A stretch of DNA of 64,000 nucleotides, taken from positions 211,388-275,387 of the forward strand of contig JAGWUB010000002.1 in assembly GCA_028868715.1 (NCBI GenBank), read 5' to 3'. The notes below the pieces were generated by a model. It was not told the origin of the DNA. It saw only the letters and a list, made by a program, of their open reading frames with translations, and searched no databases. Shown in pieces: positions 8,305 to 18,242 of this stretch. Numbering within the stretch: the stretch's first letter is position 1; every line of letters starts with the position of its first letter. The position numbers and the translations under genes are program-made. The DNA is from Patescibacteria group bacterium (GTDB taxonomy: Bacteria; Patescibacteriota; Minisyncoccia; Phycocordibacterales; UBA9973).

Positions 8305-10113
8305 ATGGAAAATCCCTATAACCGTAAACGTGACTTTAAGGTTGCTCTAAAATTACCGACAAAGTCAAAAATAAACGCCGCACTGGCTTCTTTCTCAAAA
8401 AGAGAACGGATTGTTTTTTCTCTGCTAGTAGTAGTGCTGTTTGTGAGTGCCCTGCTACTCTTAAATAATATCAACAGGCATTTCATGGTGAGCGTACCGA
8501 TGCATGGTGGCAGTATTTCTGAAGGAATAATCGGCACCCCTCGCTTCGTCAACCCCGTACTCGCAAACTCCCCCGCTGACCAAGACTTGGTATCGCTCAT
8601 TTATTCAGGACTTATGAGAAAAAATTCAGATGGAGAGCTGATTCCTGATTTAGCAGAAAAATACACTGTTTCTGACGATGGGCTGACTTATACTTTTACT
8701 TTGAAAAATAATATTTATTTTCATGATGGCAAACCAGTCACTGTGGATGACATCATTTACACTATAAATACAGTAAAGGATTCTGTGATCAAGAGCCCAC
8801 ACAAGGCAAACTGGGACGGAGTGACTGTTTTAAAGATAGATGAAAAAACCGTTGAATTTAATCTAAAGAAACCATATGCATCTTTTTTGGAAAATACGAC
8901 CCTCGGCATCATGCCTTCATATCTATGGGGTGGTTCACCAATTGAATTAAATAGTGAAAATACTAACCCAATCGGATCAGGACCTTATATGATCACAAAC
9001 GTTAGCAAGCAAGCTTCAGGAATAATAAATTATTATGAACTGACATCGTTTAAAAAATTTGCCTTGGGTACACCATATATAGACACTCTGGGCCTACATT
9101 TTTACTCCAATGAAGATGACATGGTGAAAGCTCTCCAAAACAAGGAAGTGGATCAGATAAGTTCGGTCACCCCTGCAAACGCAGAAATTTTAAAGAATGA
9201 TGGATATAAAATAGAATCGGCAATTCTACCTAGAGTATTCGGACTTTTCTTTAATCAAAATGCTAATAGAATTTTTATTGATAAAACTGTAGTCAATGCT
9301 ATCGATCAGGCGATAGATAAAGACAAACTAGTACATGAAGTACTCTCTGGATACGGAGTCACCATCGACGAACCAATACCACCAAATATGGTAGAGTATC
9401 AAAGTCTAAATAGTGAAAATGGTACTTCCCGCGCAGATATATTGCAGAGTGTGCAACAGAGCTTGGCCGACGACGGTTGGGTAAAAAATGCTGATGGAAT
9501 TCTAGAAAAATCAGCGCAACCAACAAAGGTAGTTAAAACAAAAAAAGGTAAGACGTCGACCGTAGCTGTAGGTAAAAAGACGACTACCCTGCTTGAGTTT
9601 TCAATCTCAACTAGCGATGCCCCAGAGCTCACCAAGGCTGCTTCGTTGATACAACAAGATTTAGCGGCTGTCGGCATGAAGGTTGATATAAAAACTTTCC
9701 AAATCGGCAGTTTAAATCAAGACGTAATCCGTCCACGTCAATATGATGCTCTGCTCTTTGGAGAAATTATCAACAATGAATCCGATCTCTTTGCTTTTTG
9801 GCATTCCTCACAAAGAAAAGACCCAGGGCTCAATGTAGCTATGTATACCAATGCAAATGTAGACAAAATTTTAGAAGATGCTTTTGTGACAATCGACAAA
9901 GCTTCTAGAGTTAAAAAATATATCCAGTTTGAAAATGAAATTAAAAAAGATATGCCAGCGGTTTTTCTATACACCCCTGATTTTGTATATGTAGTATCCA
10001 AAAATCTTTCAGGGCTTTCTATGAATCATATAACTTTCCCATCGGATCGTTTTGTTGATGTATATTCATGGTATACGGAAAAATATAATGTTTGGAAAGT
10101 ATTTACCCACTAA
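8305..10113 (+). CDS. ABC transporter substrate-binding protein, family 5 (oligopeptide/nickel type), membrane anchored
   Basis: N-terminal TM anchor; SBP_bac_5 pattern (LIYSGLMRKNSDGELIPDLAEKYTVSDDGLTYTFTLK...HDGKPVT). Confidence 0.8.
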   Translation: MENPYNRKRDFKVALKLPTKSKINAALASFSKRERIVFSLLVVVLFVSALLLLNNINRHFMVSVPMHGGSISEGIIGTPRFVNPVLANSPADQDLVSLIYSGLMRKNSDGELIPDLAEKYTVSDDGLTYTFTLKNNIYFHDGKPVTVDDIIYTINTVKDSVIKSPHKANWDGVTVLKIDEKTVEFNLKKPYASFLENTTLGIMPSYLWGGSPIELNSENTNPIGSGPYMITNVSKQASGIINYYELTSFKKFALGTPYIDTLGLHFYSNEDDMVKALQNKEVDQISSVTPANAEILKNDGYKIESAILPRVFGLFFNQNANRIFIDKTVVNAIDQAIDKDKLVHEVLSGYGVTIDEPIPPNMVEYQSLNSENGTSRADILQSVQQSLADDGWVKNADGILEKSAQPTKVVKTKKGKTSTVAVGKKTTTLLEFSISTSDAPELTKAASLIQQDLAAVGMKVDIKTFQIGSLNQDVIRPRQYDALLFGEIINNESDLFAFWHSSQRKDPGLNVAMYTNANVDKILEDAFVTIDKASRVKKYIQFENEIKKDMPAVFLYTPDFVYVVSKNLSGLSMNHITFPSDRFVDVYSWYTEKYNVWKVFTH

Positions 10114-10129
10114 TTAATAAAAAATAATA

Positions 10130-12097
10130 ATGAAAAAAACAAGACTATCTTTCAGCTCTCTCAGTATTGAGAAACCTAAAACTCCGGTGAGTACGGCTGG
10201 CAGTGAGCAAACAGCAATGCACAAAACTTCTCCTCGTAGAATTGGAGAATATTCAGCAGGAGCTGGAAAACAAAAAACTAAAGACAAAAGCCGGTCATCT
10301 AAAAGCTCCACCTATCAATATTCCAAAAATAGTCATGGACCAAGTAAAGGTGGCAGTCGTTCACCATCAGGAAAGACACAATACAAAAATCTTAACGAAA
10401 GTAAAATTCCGCCACCAGAAGCAGGAGTCATTCGAGTCATCCCCTTTGGTGGAGTAGAAGAAGTCGGGAGAAATATGTTAATAATTGAGTCCAAAGACGA
10501 CATAATCGTTTTGGATATCGGTTTCCATTTCATTGACGAAGAAGAAGCTATGGGTGCAGATTTTACACTTCCAAACTTTAAATATTTAGAGGAACGCAAA
10601 GATAAAATTCGCGCCATCGCTATCACCCACGGACACCTAGACCACATTGGTGGTATACCATTTATCGTAGACCGCATAGGCAACCCACCAATCTATGCGC
10701 AATACTTGACGACGCTCATGATAAAGAAGCGTCAAGAAGAATTTATTGGTAAACCACCTTTGACTATAAATGTGGTAGATCAAGACACTAAAGTAAAGTT
10801 TAACCAACTTTCTCTAGGCTTTTTCCCAGTTTATCACTCTATTCCTGACTCAATGGGAGTAATCGTGGGCACCCCATACGGAAATATTATCGTATCAGGC
10901 GATATGAAACTTGAGCATGAAAATGGCAAACCAACGGTGAAAGAAGAAAAAAAGTGGACAGGGCTTGGTAAAGAGAAACCACTGTTACTGATTGCTGATT
11001 CTACCAACGCTGAAGTTCCTGGATTTTCAATCTCTGAAAAGGAAGTTCAAAAAAATATTGAGGAAATAATCAAAACGACGGAAGGTCGGCTAGTTATCGG
11101 AACTTTTGCCTCTCAATTTGATCGCATGATCAAAATCGTTGAAATTTGTGAACGCTATAATAAAAAAATCGTTGTAGAAGGAAGAAGTATGAAAAACAAC
11201 GTAGACATCGCCAAGCTGGCTGGACTTTTAAAGCCAAAAGACGACACCTTTATTGCGGCGCAAGATATAGACAATTATCCACCCAATCGTATCGTCATCA
11301 TCGCCACTGGCGCCCAAGGTGAAGAATTTGCTGCGCTAATGCGAATGGCCACCAACAAGCATAAATACATCAGACTAAATGCCAAGGATACTATCATGTT
11401 TTCTTCATCCGTAATCCCTGGAAATGAGGTCAGCATCCAGAAACTAAAAGACAGCCTATATCGACATGATTTGAAACTTATCCATTATGGAATAGCCGAA
11501 ATTCACTCTGGTGGGCACGCGAGACAGGAAGACTTAGTATGGATAAATAAGGCGGTGAATCCAAAATTCTTTATGCCCGGCTATGGCAACCATTCAATGT
11601 TGCGTATCCACGCTCAGATAATTCGCGAACGAAATAATTTTCCTAAAGAAAATATCGTAGTTCCAGATAATGGAACTATCGTAGAAATCATAGATAAAGG
11701 AACTAAAATAACCGTACGCAAAGAAAAAGCTCCAGCTTCTATGATGGTAGTGGATGGACTCTCAATCGGTGATGTTCAAGATGTCGTAGTTCGCGACCGA
11801 GTGATGTTGGCTCAAGACGGAATGTTTGTCATTATCGCTCTGCTTGATCAAAAAACCGGAAAGTTAAAAAAATCTCCAGATCTTATTTCTCGTGGATTTG
11901 TCTATCTAAAGGAAAATCAGGAACTACTCCGTCAGGTCAGAATTGTTATTAAAAAATTAGTAGAAAATTCTACCGCCAAGTCCAGTGTGGTAAACTTTGA
12001 TGTACTAAAGGCAGAATTGGGAGAGAACGTATCAAAGTTTTTATATCAAAAAACAGAAAAAAGACCTTTGGTTATACCAGTAATCTTGAGCGTATAA
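10130..12097 (+). CDS. rnj: ribonuclease J (beta-CASP metallo-beta-lactamase) with ~100-aa basic/Ser-rich N-terminal extension
   Basis: HGHLDH (ITHGHLDHIGG) and beta-CASP motifs; full RNase J pattern from IRVIPFGGVEEVGRNM onward. The N-terminal low-complexity region is K/S/G rich. Confidence 0.85.
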   Translation: MKKTRLSFSSLSIEKPKTPVSTAGSEQTAMHKTSPRRIGEYSAGAGKQKTKDKSRSSKSSTYQYSKNSHGPSKGGSRSPSGKTQYKNLNESKIPPPEAGVIRVIPFGGVEEVGRNMLIIESKDDIIVLDIGFHFIDEEEAMGADFTLPNFKYLEERKDKIRAIAITHGHLDHIGGIPFIVDRIGNPPIYAQYLTTLMIKKRQEEFIGKPPLTINVVDQDTKVKFNQLSLGFFPVYHSIPDSMGVIVGTPYGNIIVSGDMKLEHENGKPTVKEEKKWTGLGKEKPLLLIADSTNAEVPGFSISEKEVQKNIEEIIKTTEGRLVIGTFASQFDRMIKIVEICERYNKKIVVEGRSMKNNVDIAKLAGLLKPKDDTFIAAQDIDNYPPNRIVIIATGAQGEEFAALMRMATNKHKYIRLNAKDTIMFSSSVIPGNEVSIQKLKDSLYRHDLKLIHYGIAEIHSGGHARQEDLVWINKAVNPKFFMPGYGNHSMLRIHAQIIRERNNFPKENIVVPDNGTIVEIIDKGTKITVRKEKAPASMMVVDGLSIGDVQDVVVRDRVMLAQDGMFVIIALLDQKTGKLKKSPDLISRGFVYLKENQELLRQVRIVIKKLVENSTAKSSVVNFDVLKAELGENVSKFLYQKTEKRPLVIPVILSV

Positions 12098-12098
12098 G

Positions 12099-13253
12099 AT
12101 GACATCCAAACATCCATTTAGACTTCTATACTTTGTCGGTTTTATTTTTTCAATCCAGTATGGATTGGTGTTGTATATAAATTCTAGTTTTTTGGAACAA
12201 GTAATTCCCGAAAAAATTGTGGGTTTGGTATTCACCCTTGCCTCCTTTTTATCAATCCTCTTTTTACTAGAAATTCCAAGAATACTGAGCCGACTAGGTA
12301 ATTATAAAACTGCGATAATCCTCGTACTATGCAGCTCTATTTCTTTATTTAGCTTAAGTATTGCGCATTCAGCTCTTAGCACCGTTATCGCTTTTTTGTT
12401 TTACACTGTTGCAAATTATTCTCTACTGTTGTCCTTGGATGTTTTCATTGAAGAATATATTACCAGTGGAAAAATTGGCCGAACTCGCGGAACTTTTTTG
12501 GGTATCAGAAATTTAGGTATATTGATATCGCCAAGTATCGCTGTTTTGATCGTTACAAAAGCTTCATTTTTTGGCGTTTATTTATCAGCTTCATTATTTA
12601 CCCTCACTTCCCTCTTATTTATTTTCCCGCATTTGAAAAATTTTGAGGATCCTATCTACCGAAGAATATTAGTACGCGAAACACTAAAGAAAGTAAAACA
12701 AGATATAAGCTTAAAAAGGATATACTTGAGCGAATTTTTACTTTGCTTTTTTTATTCTTGGATGATAATTTACATGCCAATTTATCTTCATCAATATATC
12801 GGCTTTGGATGGCAAAACATCGGATTTATTTTTACTATCATGCTTATTCCCTTTGTGTTGGTGGATTATCCACTCGGGCGTTTATCGGACAAGATTGGAG
12901 AGAAAAAACTGTTAATTTTTGGATTTTCTATGGTATCTCTGTCCACAATTGCCATTTTCTTTCTCAAAACTCAAAGCATTTTTATTTGGGCACTAGTTTT
13001 GTTTGCGACCAGAGTCGGAGCAGCTGTCATTGAAGTAATGAACGAAAGTTATTTTTTCAAAAAAATTATGGCAGAGGATGCTGGGCTAATCAGCTTTTTT
13101 AGAAATATGTTTCCATTTGCTTTTATCGTCGCTCCCCTTTTTGCAATCCCTGTTTTATTCTTGGTTCCTTCTTTTAAATTTCTTTTTTTGACTCTCGGCA
13201 CGATAATGCTCTTGGGCTTTTTATCTAGCCTCCGATTGAAAGATGTAAAGTAA
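12099..13253 (+). CDS. MFS transporter
   Basis: 384 aa with 12 predicted TM helices and an MFS-like loop (GRLSDKIGEKK). Confidence 0.7.
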   Translation: MTSKHPFRLLYFVGFIFSIQYGLVLYINSSFLEQVIPEKIVGLVFTLASFLSILFLLEIPRILSRLGNYKTAIILVLCSSISLFSLSIAHSALSTVIAFLFYTVANYSLLLSLDVFIEEYITSGKIGRTRGTFLGIRNLGILISPSIAVLIVTKASFFGVYLSASLFTLTSLLFIFPHLKNFEDPIYRRILVRETLKKVKQDISLKRIYLSEFLLCFFYSWMIIYMPIYLHQYIGFGWQNIGFIFTIMLIPFVLVDYPLGRLSDKIGEKKLLIFGFSMVSLSTIAIFFLKTQSIFIWALVLFATRVGAAVIEVMNESYFFKKIMAEDAGLISFFRNMFPFAFIVAPLFAIPVLFLVPSFKFLFLTLGTIMLLGFLSSLRLKDVK

Positions 13254-13267
13254 AATATTTTAATTTT

Positions 13268-14590
13268 CTAGTTATCCTTAGCAGCCTCGAGGGTTACCGG
13301 AACCATTTTTTCTACGCCTTTGTGGAGAATTTTTAGATTTATTACTTGGCCAACGCTTTTTCCACGAATAATTGAGGAAAGGCTGGTTTTATCATCGAGC
13401 TTCACTCCATCAACTTCAAGAATAATGTCGTTTTCCACAATGCCAGCTTTGTCAGCGGGGCTTCCTGGAACAACTGCCAAATCACTCGCAGTTGCTCCGG
13501 ATTTTACCAATACTCCATAATCAACCGTTAGGTTGTTTTTGTCTTTTAAGTCAGGAGTTACATCCACATAGCGTAACCCCAGATATGCGCGAACAATTTT
13601 CCCAGTACTTTTTACAGAATCAATTGAACCCTTAATACTATTTATCGGCAAAGCAAATCCAATACTCTGGGCTCCTTGAGCCATAGCCACATTAACCCCT
13701 ATGACTTCTCCTCGAAGGTTCAGCAAGGGACCTCCAGAATTTCCGGGGTTGATGGCCGCATCAGTTTGAATCACGTGGTCTAGGGTTTCGGTCTTGCCTA
13801 AATTGTCGCCAGCAGTCACCGAACGAGCTAGACCAGAAACTACTCCGACAGAAACAGTGTTGCGATACTCTCCGAGAGCATTCCCAATCGCAATAACACT
13901 CTGCCCTACTTCGAGCGTATCTGAATTGCCAAGAGTAAGATATGAATAACCGGAGCCATCAATTTTGATAAGTGCAATATCTAAAACAGGATCTTTAGCA
14001 ATTACTTTTGCAGCATGTTTTTTGCCATCATTGGTAAACACGGTATATTCGACTCCTGTTTGGTCTACGACGTGTTTGTTGGTAACAATCAAGCCGTCAC
14101 TCGATACAAAAAACCCAGATCCACCGCCAATGTCTTTTTTCTCGGTACCATTTTGACGATATTGTGGAATGTTGAAATTGAAACCTGGGAAATTAGGAAA
14201 CAAATCTCCGAATGGGTTTTGTAGTTGTTGTTGATTGGGATCAATGTAGGCTTCATACTTTGGAACTTGCTTGGAAATGATTATAGAAACGACGGCTGGA
14301 TTTGTTTTCTTGACAGCGTCGATGACAAAAGAGTCTTGGGAAAAAATAGTAGACTTGTCTGAGCTACCAAAGATACCAGATGAAGTATCGCCATTGTTGG
14401 CCACTTGAGCCTCTCTCACGTATTCCTTGGCAAAATAAGCAAAAATGTTAGCTCGATAATGCCAGACTATACCTAGTCCCACTAACATAAAAACTAAAAA
14501 GGAAAGCAAGCTTGTAAAAAATATTAATGAAAAATCTCTATTGTTAAAGATTTTTTTAAAGAATTTTATTATATCTGGTTCTTGTTGCAT
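13268..14590 (-). CDS. htrA: HtrA/DegP-family serine protease with PDZ domain
   Basis: N-terminal TM anchor; trypsin-like core with GNSGGPLLN; C-terminal PDZ. Confidence 0.9.
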   Translation of the reverse strand: MQQEPDIIKFFKKIFNNRDFSLIFFTSLLSFLVFMLVGLGIVWHYRANIFAYFAKEYVREAQVANNGDTSSGIFGSSDKSTIFSQDSFVIDAVKKTNPAVVSIIISKQVPKYEAYIDPNQQQLQNPFGDLFPNFPGFNFNIPQYRQNGTEKKDIGGGSGFFVSSDGLIVTNKHVVDQTGVEYTVFTNDGKKHAAKVIAKDPVLDIALIKIDGSGYSYLTLGNSDTLEVGQSVIAIGNALGEYRNTVSVGVVSGLARSVTAGDNLGKTETLDHVIQTDAAINPGNSGGPLLNLRGEVIGVNVAMAQGAQSIGFALPINSIKGSIDSVKSTGKIVRAYLGLRYVDVTPDLKDKNNLTVDYGVLVKSGATASDLAVVPGSPADKAGIVENDIILEVDGVKLDDKTSLSSIIRGKSVGQVINLKILHKGVEKMVPVTLEAAKDN

Positions 14591-14649
14591 ATACTTTAAT
14601 ATACGTTACTAATAAACAAAATGTTGCACACTGGGTGTAAGAAATTATA

Positions 14650-15105
14650 TCAAAAATTATATTTTTTTAGCAAGTGACTTTTATATATTTTTTCCTTGTG
14701 AGGCTTTAAACGTATTATTTTTACGATAAGACCTTTATTTTTTAAGTCTTTTTTTAGATTTTGTACGTAGGCTCTTTGGTCATATCCTAGGGCAATAATA
14801 TTGGGCTTTTCTTTTAAAATGTGTGGAATGTGATTCTTTACTCCAGAAAGTATTACTTTATCAACCAAGGGACATTTTTTTAATAAAATCATCCTTTTCT
14901 TTTCATTTAAAGTCGGATACTTACCCTTTATTTTCAAAACATTTTTATCACGTGCGATTGAAACTATCAGAAATGATGCTTGGTCTAATTTTTTAGCCTG
15001 TTTTAAAAAATTTAAGTGTCCCTCGTGCAGTCCATCAAAGGTACCAAACACCATTATTTTTACCCTACTTACTGGAGGGTTCTTTTCCACAGGTTTTTTT
15101 GACAT
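14650..15105 (-). CDS. cytidylyltransferase-like nucleotidyltransferase (FAD-synthetase/TagD-like)
   Basis: GTFDGLHEGH (HxGH) nucleotidyltransferase motif in a 151-aa protein. Confidence 0.65.
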   Translation of the reverse strand: MSKKPVEKNPPVSRVKIMVFGTFDGLHEGHLNFLKQAKKLDQASFLIVSIARDKNVLKIKGKYPTLNEKKRMILLKKCPLVDKVILSGVKNHIPHILKEKPNIIALGYDQRAYVQNLKKDLKNKGLIVKIIRLKPHKEKIYKSHLLKKYNF

Positions 15106-15149
15106 AAGTTAAGGTAAGTATATACTAAGTTAGTTCCTTTTAAAAATTA

Positions 15150-15328
15150 AGAGAAGTGATTGGGGAAACTGGTTAGATTCCAGTACAGTGCCGCTACGGT
15201 AAGTCCCGATACGCCAATTGGCGAATCGAGGAACAAGTCCGAATACCAATCATTTTACTAATCCCGAGCAGGATCCTCTCTCATTTTTTTGAGAGACCAC
15301 AAATTCTGCCCGAGCAGAATTTTTTTTA
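15150..15328 (+). promoter_or_regulatory. cobalamin (B12) riboswitch with intrinsic terminator expression platform
   Basis: 15162-15205 GGGGAAACTGGTTAGATTCCAGTACAGTGCCGCTACGGTAAG matches the cobalamin aptamer core. There is a B12-box-like AGTCCGAATACCAATC (15237-15252). A TCTCTC/GAGAGA hairpin is followed by the terminator TTCTGCCCGAGCAGAA+T9 (15304-15328), ending 3 nt before the ATG at 15332. Confidence 0.75.
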
Positions 15329-15331
15329 TTT

Positions 15332-15793
15332 ATGAGAAGAAATATAAAAATAATAATAGCCGTTATAATTTTCCTGTCACTTGGAATTTTAGGTTGGCAA
15401 AATATTCACAAGCAAACCCTTGGCAGGAGCGTTAGCAACGAACAGAAAAATTTTTTAGCAAAAAAATTTCTTGGTGAATCCGAGAATATTTTGCCAACCC
15501 AACTCAAAACCGCGGATATAGAAGTAAACGGTGTAAAATACCAAACTGAAATTTCACAAAACACCAGTGTATATGATTTTATGGATAAATTGCGAACTGA
15601 AGGAAAAATAAATTTTGAGGACAAAACCTATGTCGGGATGGGGAAATTTATTGAATCCATAAATGGGATTAAAAATACTGGAGACAAAAGCTGGATCTAC
15701 TATGTCAACGGCAAAGAGGCACAAATTGGGGTTTCAAATTATAAGATGAATCCGGGAGATGTCGTATCTTGGAAATATGAGAAGGGTTATTAA
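15332..15793 (+). CDS. signal-anchored DUF4430-family protein (putative cobalamin-binding beta-domain protein)
   Basis: 153 aa; N-terminal TM/signal; DUF4430-like pattern (YYVNGKEAQIGVSNYKMNPGDVVSWKY). It sits directly downstream of the B12 riboswitch. Confidence 0.65.
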   Translation: MRRNIKIIIAVIIFLSLGILGWQNIHKQTLGRSVSNEQKNFLAKKFLGESENILPTQLKTADIEVNGVKYQTEISQNTSVYDFMDKLRTEGKINFEDKTYVGMGKFIESINGIKNTGDKSWIYYVNGKEAQIGVSNYKMNPGDVVSWKYEKGY

Positions 15794-15807
15794 GTTGTTT
15801 AAAAAAT

Positions 15808-17631
15808 ATGAAAAAAATATTAAAAGTTTTAATGGTTGTTGGAATATTATTAGCCGGAGGAAATAATTTAGCTCACGCAGATCCTCAAAGTGTAAACCTG
15901 ACTGTTCGTGATGGAGCCACCATTGTCTTCTCTGGGGCTGTGACCCTACCTACGACCATAACCAGCTTAAATGATGCCACGAATACGCCACACACCATTA
16001 ATTCCAGTAGTGTGCTCTCGGTATTGGATAGTGCTGCCACAGGCACAGGTTCAAATTTTAGTATTTCCAATCTGACATATTTTAGCTCTTTTGATTCTCT
16101 TTATTTAAAGTGTATTACCGACCCAAGTGGAGAAAAATGTGACAACTGGCAATATGCTGTAAATGGCTCTGGTCCTAGTGTAGGTATGGATAAAAATATT
16201 TTAGCTGGTGGAGAAAATGTATATGTGTATTTTGGGCCACAAAATAAAATTACTTTGAGTTCAGGAAATATAAAAACCACGGATACTTTGACCGTCACCA
16301 CGCAAAACTATGATTATGTAAATAATGCTTGGATCACAAGAGCTGGAGTGACTGTGGGTTTGACCCAACCTGACCCAAGCAATCCTTCTACGCCAACTGA
16401 AGTTAAAACTAGTCCAGTAGACGCTAATGGTCAAGCAACCTTTTCATCAATTCCTGCTGGAAATTATAATGTCGGAGTAAAAGAAGATTATTATTTTCCA
16501 ACTGAAGCCCTTACTGTAGCTACTCCTCCACCAACATCGAGTGGAGGTGGAGGTGGAGGAGGTGGATACGTAGCGAGTGCTGGCAAAGTGCTCGGAGTCA
16601 CCACTACTAAGACCGGCTTTGATTTAAAACTGGCATCTGATTTTCTTGTAGCCCAACAAAAGCCAGATGGCTCCTTTGGCGAAGATCTGTATACTGACTG
16701 GGCGGGTATGGCTTTAGCATCTGGAAATTATCAGAATCAAGTAATAAAACTAATTAAACATTTTGAAGAATCCCCTATTGCTGGTACTAATCTTACAGAT
16801 TATGAGAGGCATGCGATGGCATTGATGGCTCTCGGTCTCAATCCTTATGATACCAATGGCACAAACTACATTAAAAAAATAGCCGATAGTTTTGACGGTA
16901 AACAATTTGGAGATCCAACTCAAAATAATGACGATATTTTTGCGCTAATAGTTTTACAAAATGCCGGATACGGACAAGATGAAAAAATGATAACTGATGA
17001 TGTATCTTTTATACTTAGTACCCAAAAACAAGATGGCTCTTGGGATGAAAGTATAGATATGACTGGAGCTGGCATAGAAGCTTTGTCCGCATTCAATAAA
17101 AGTGATCAAGTAAAAAGTTCACTAACTAAAGCAGAGGCATTTTTAAAACAAACAGAGGAGAGCAATGGAGGCTGGGGTGATAATGCATCTTCCACTGCGT
17201 GGGCCATCGAAGGCATATTGGCCTTGGGTGAAAAACCGGAAGATTGGAAAAAAAATGATCCGACAAATCCTGGTGTAAGTAATACTCCACTTGATTATCT
17301 GGCAACAATGCAAGATACAGATGGCGGAATAAAGGATGCTAATATACAAACTAAAATTTGGGAAACAACTTACGTGATTTCTGCCCTCTCTGGTAAAACT
17401 TGGAATCAAACTATGCAAACATTTGATAAACCTAAAGATGTTAGTAATGTTCCTGGTGCATCCCCTGAAATAAAACCTGCGACAAAACCTGTAGTAATGT
17501 TAAAAAAAATAACTCCAATCACATCCAAAACAACAATACATGAAATAACTTTACCGGAAACACAAAATCCACCAGCACTAATACCTAAACCAGAAAACTG
17601 GTTCTCCAGATTGATACATTTTATTTTTTAA
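15808..17631 (+). CDS. secreted protein with prenyltransferase/squalene-oxidase-type alpha-alpha toroid repeats (putative cobalamin-binding alpha-domain protein)
   Basis: Signal peptide; Gly8 linker; repeated QxxDGSW, GGWGDN and TAWAIEGILALG motifs characteristic of PF00432/PF13243 repeats; Pro/Thr-rich C-terminal tail. Confidence 0.65.
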   Translation: MKKILKVLMVVGILLAGGNNLAHADPQSVNLTVRDGATIVFSGAVTLPTTITSLNDATNTPHTINSSSVLSVLDSAATGTGSNFSISNLTYFSSFDSLYLKCITDPSGEKCDNWQYAVNGSGPSVGMDKNILAGGENVYVYFGPQNKITLSSGNIKTTDTLTVTTQNYDYVNNAWITRAGVTVGLTQPDPSNPSTPTEVKTSPVDANGQATFSSIPAGNYNVGVKEDYYFPTEALTVATPPPTSSGGGGGGGGYVASAGKVLGVTTTKTGFDLKLASDFLVAQQKPDGSFGEDLYTDWAGMALASGNYQNQVIKLIKHFEESPIAGTNLTDYERHAMALMALGLNPYDTNGTNYIKKIADSFDGKQFGDPTQNNDDIFALIVLQNAGYGQDEKMITDDVSFILSTQKQDGSWDESIDMTGAGIEALSAFNKSDQVKSSLTKAEAFLKQTEESNGGWGDNASSTAWAIEGILALGEKPEDWKKNDPTNPGVSNTPLDYLATMQDTDGGIKDANIQTKIWETTYVISALSGKTWNQTMQTFDKPKDVSNVPGASPEIKPATKPVVMLKKITPITSKTTIHEITLPETQNPPALIPKPENWFSRLIHFIF

Positions 17632-18235
17632 ACTCTACAACTTTGCCGGCTAAAATTTCTACTTTATCGGCTTTGCGCAGGTTTTTGATTTGAGATTTAG
17701 AAAGAATGTCGTAATGCTTTTGCTTGTCTAGGGCCTTGTCTATATACCACAGATCCCCTTCGGCGGTAGCCCAATTTCGACTGTTGAATTTATTTAAATT
17801 TAGTGGAGCAGAATATTTACGCAAGGTCTTTTGCCCATTATCTAAAAAATATTCGTGAAAATAAGACATCACGAGTTCACGGATGTTTTTATAGATCGGT
17901 TCCCGATATCGTAGTACAGCATGATTTGTCTTGGATAAAGCGCCCCAGTGGCCATTCTGCTTGAATGAAGTGATAACGTGGTCAAAGTCCCCTTTGGTGG
18001 TCTGTAGGTGTAGCACACATGGAGTAAACCCATGCAAGGAAAGAATGTATGCTCCTAGGATAGCCCCCTCAATGCAATGAGCGTTGTGAGTACGAACAAC
18101 CATAAGTGGTGACTTTAATGTATCCACTCCATTCTTCTCAAAATTAAACTGGAGTTCATTTAGAAAACTCTGCACCTTGGCTGGTGTATTTAGTTTGTGG
18201 AGTAATGCCTTTTCAGCTTTAGTGAACGCTAACAT
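17621..18235 (-). CDS. hypothetical protein, possibly papain/transglutaminase-like Cys-His fold
   Basis: 204 aa; candidate catalytic Cys in NAHCIEGAILG and downstream His residues. Weak assignment. Confidence 0.4.
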   Translation of the reverse strand: MLAFTKAEKALLHKLNTPAKVQSFLNELQFNFEKNGVDTLKSPLMVVRTHNAHCIEGAILGAYILSLHGFTPCVLHLQTTKGDFDHVITSFKQNGHWGALSKTNHAVLRYREPIYKNIRELVMSYFHEYFLDNGQKTLRKYSAPLNLNKFNSRNWATAEGDLWYIDKALDKQKHYDILSKSQIKNLRKADKVEILAGKVVEFKK

Positions 18236-18242
18236 GCATCAT

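Noticed and set aside
10130-10460. N-terminal 100-aa K/S/G-rich extension of RNase J as a separate gene or frameshift artefact
   Set aside because: It is continuous in one frame with the catalytic domain, and there is no alternative start between. Treated as a lineage-specific disordered extension.
16541-16566. GGN-rich tract (GGAGGTGGAGGTGGAGGAGGTGGA) as a possible phase-variable slippage tract
   Set aside because: It encodes a Gly8 linker but is not a true homopolymer or a short perfect repeat. No evidence of frameshifted alleles.
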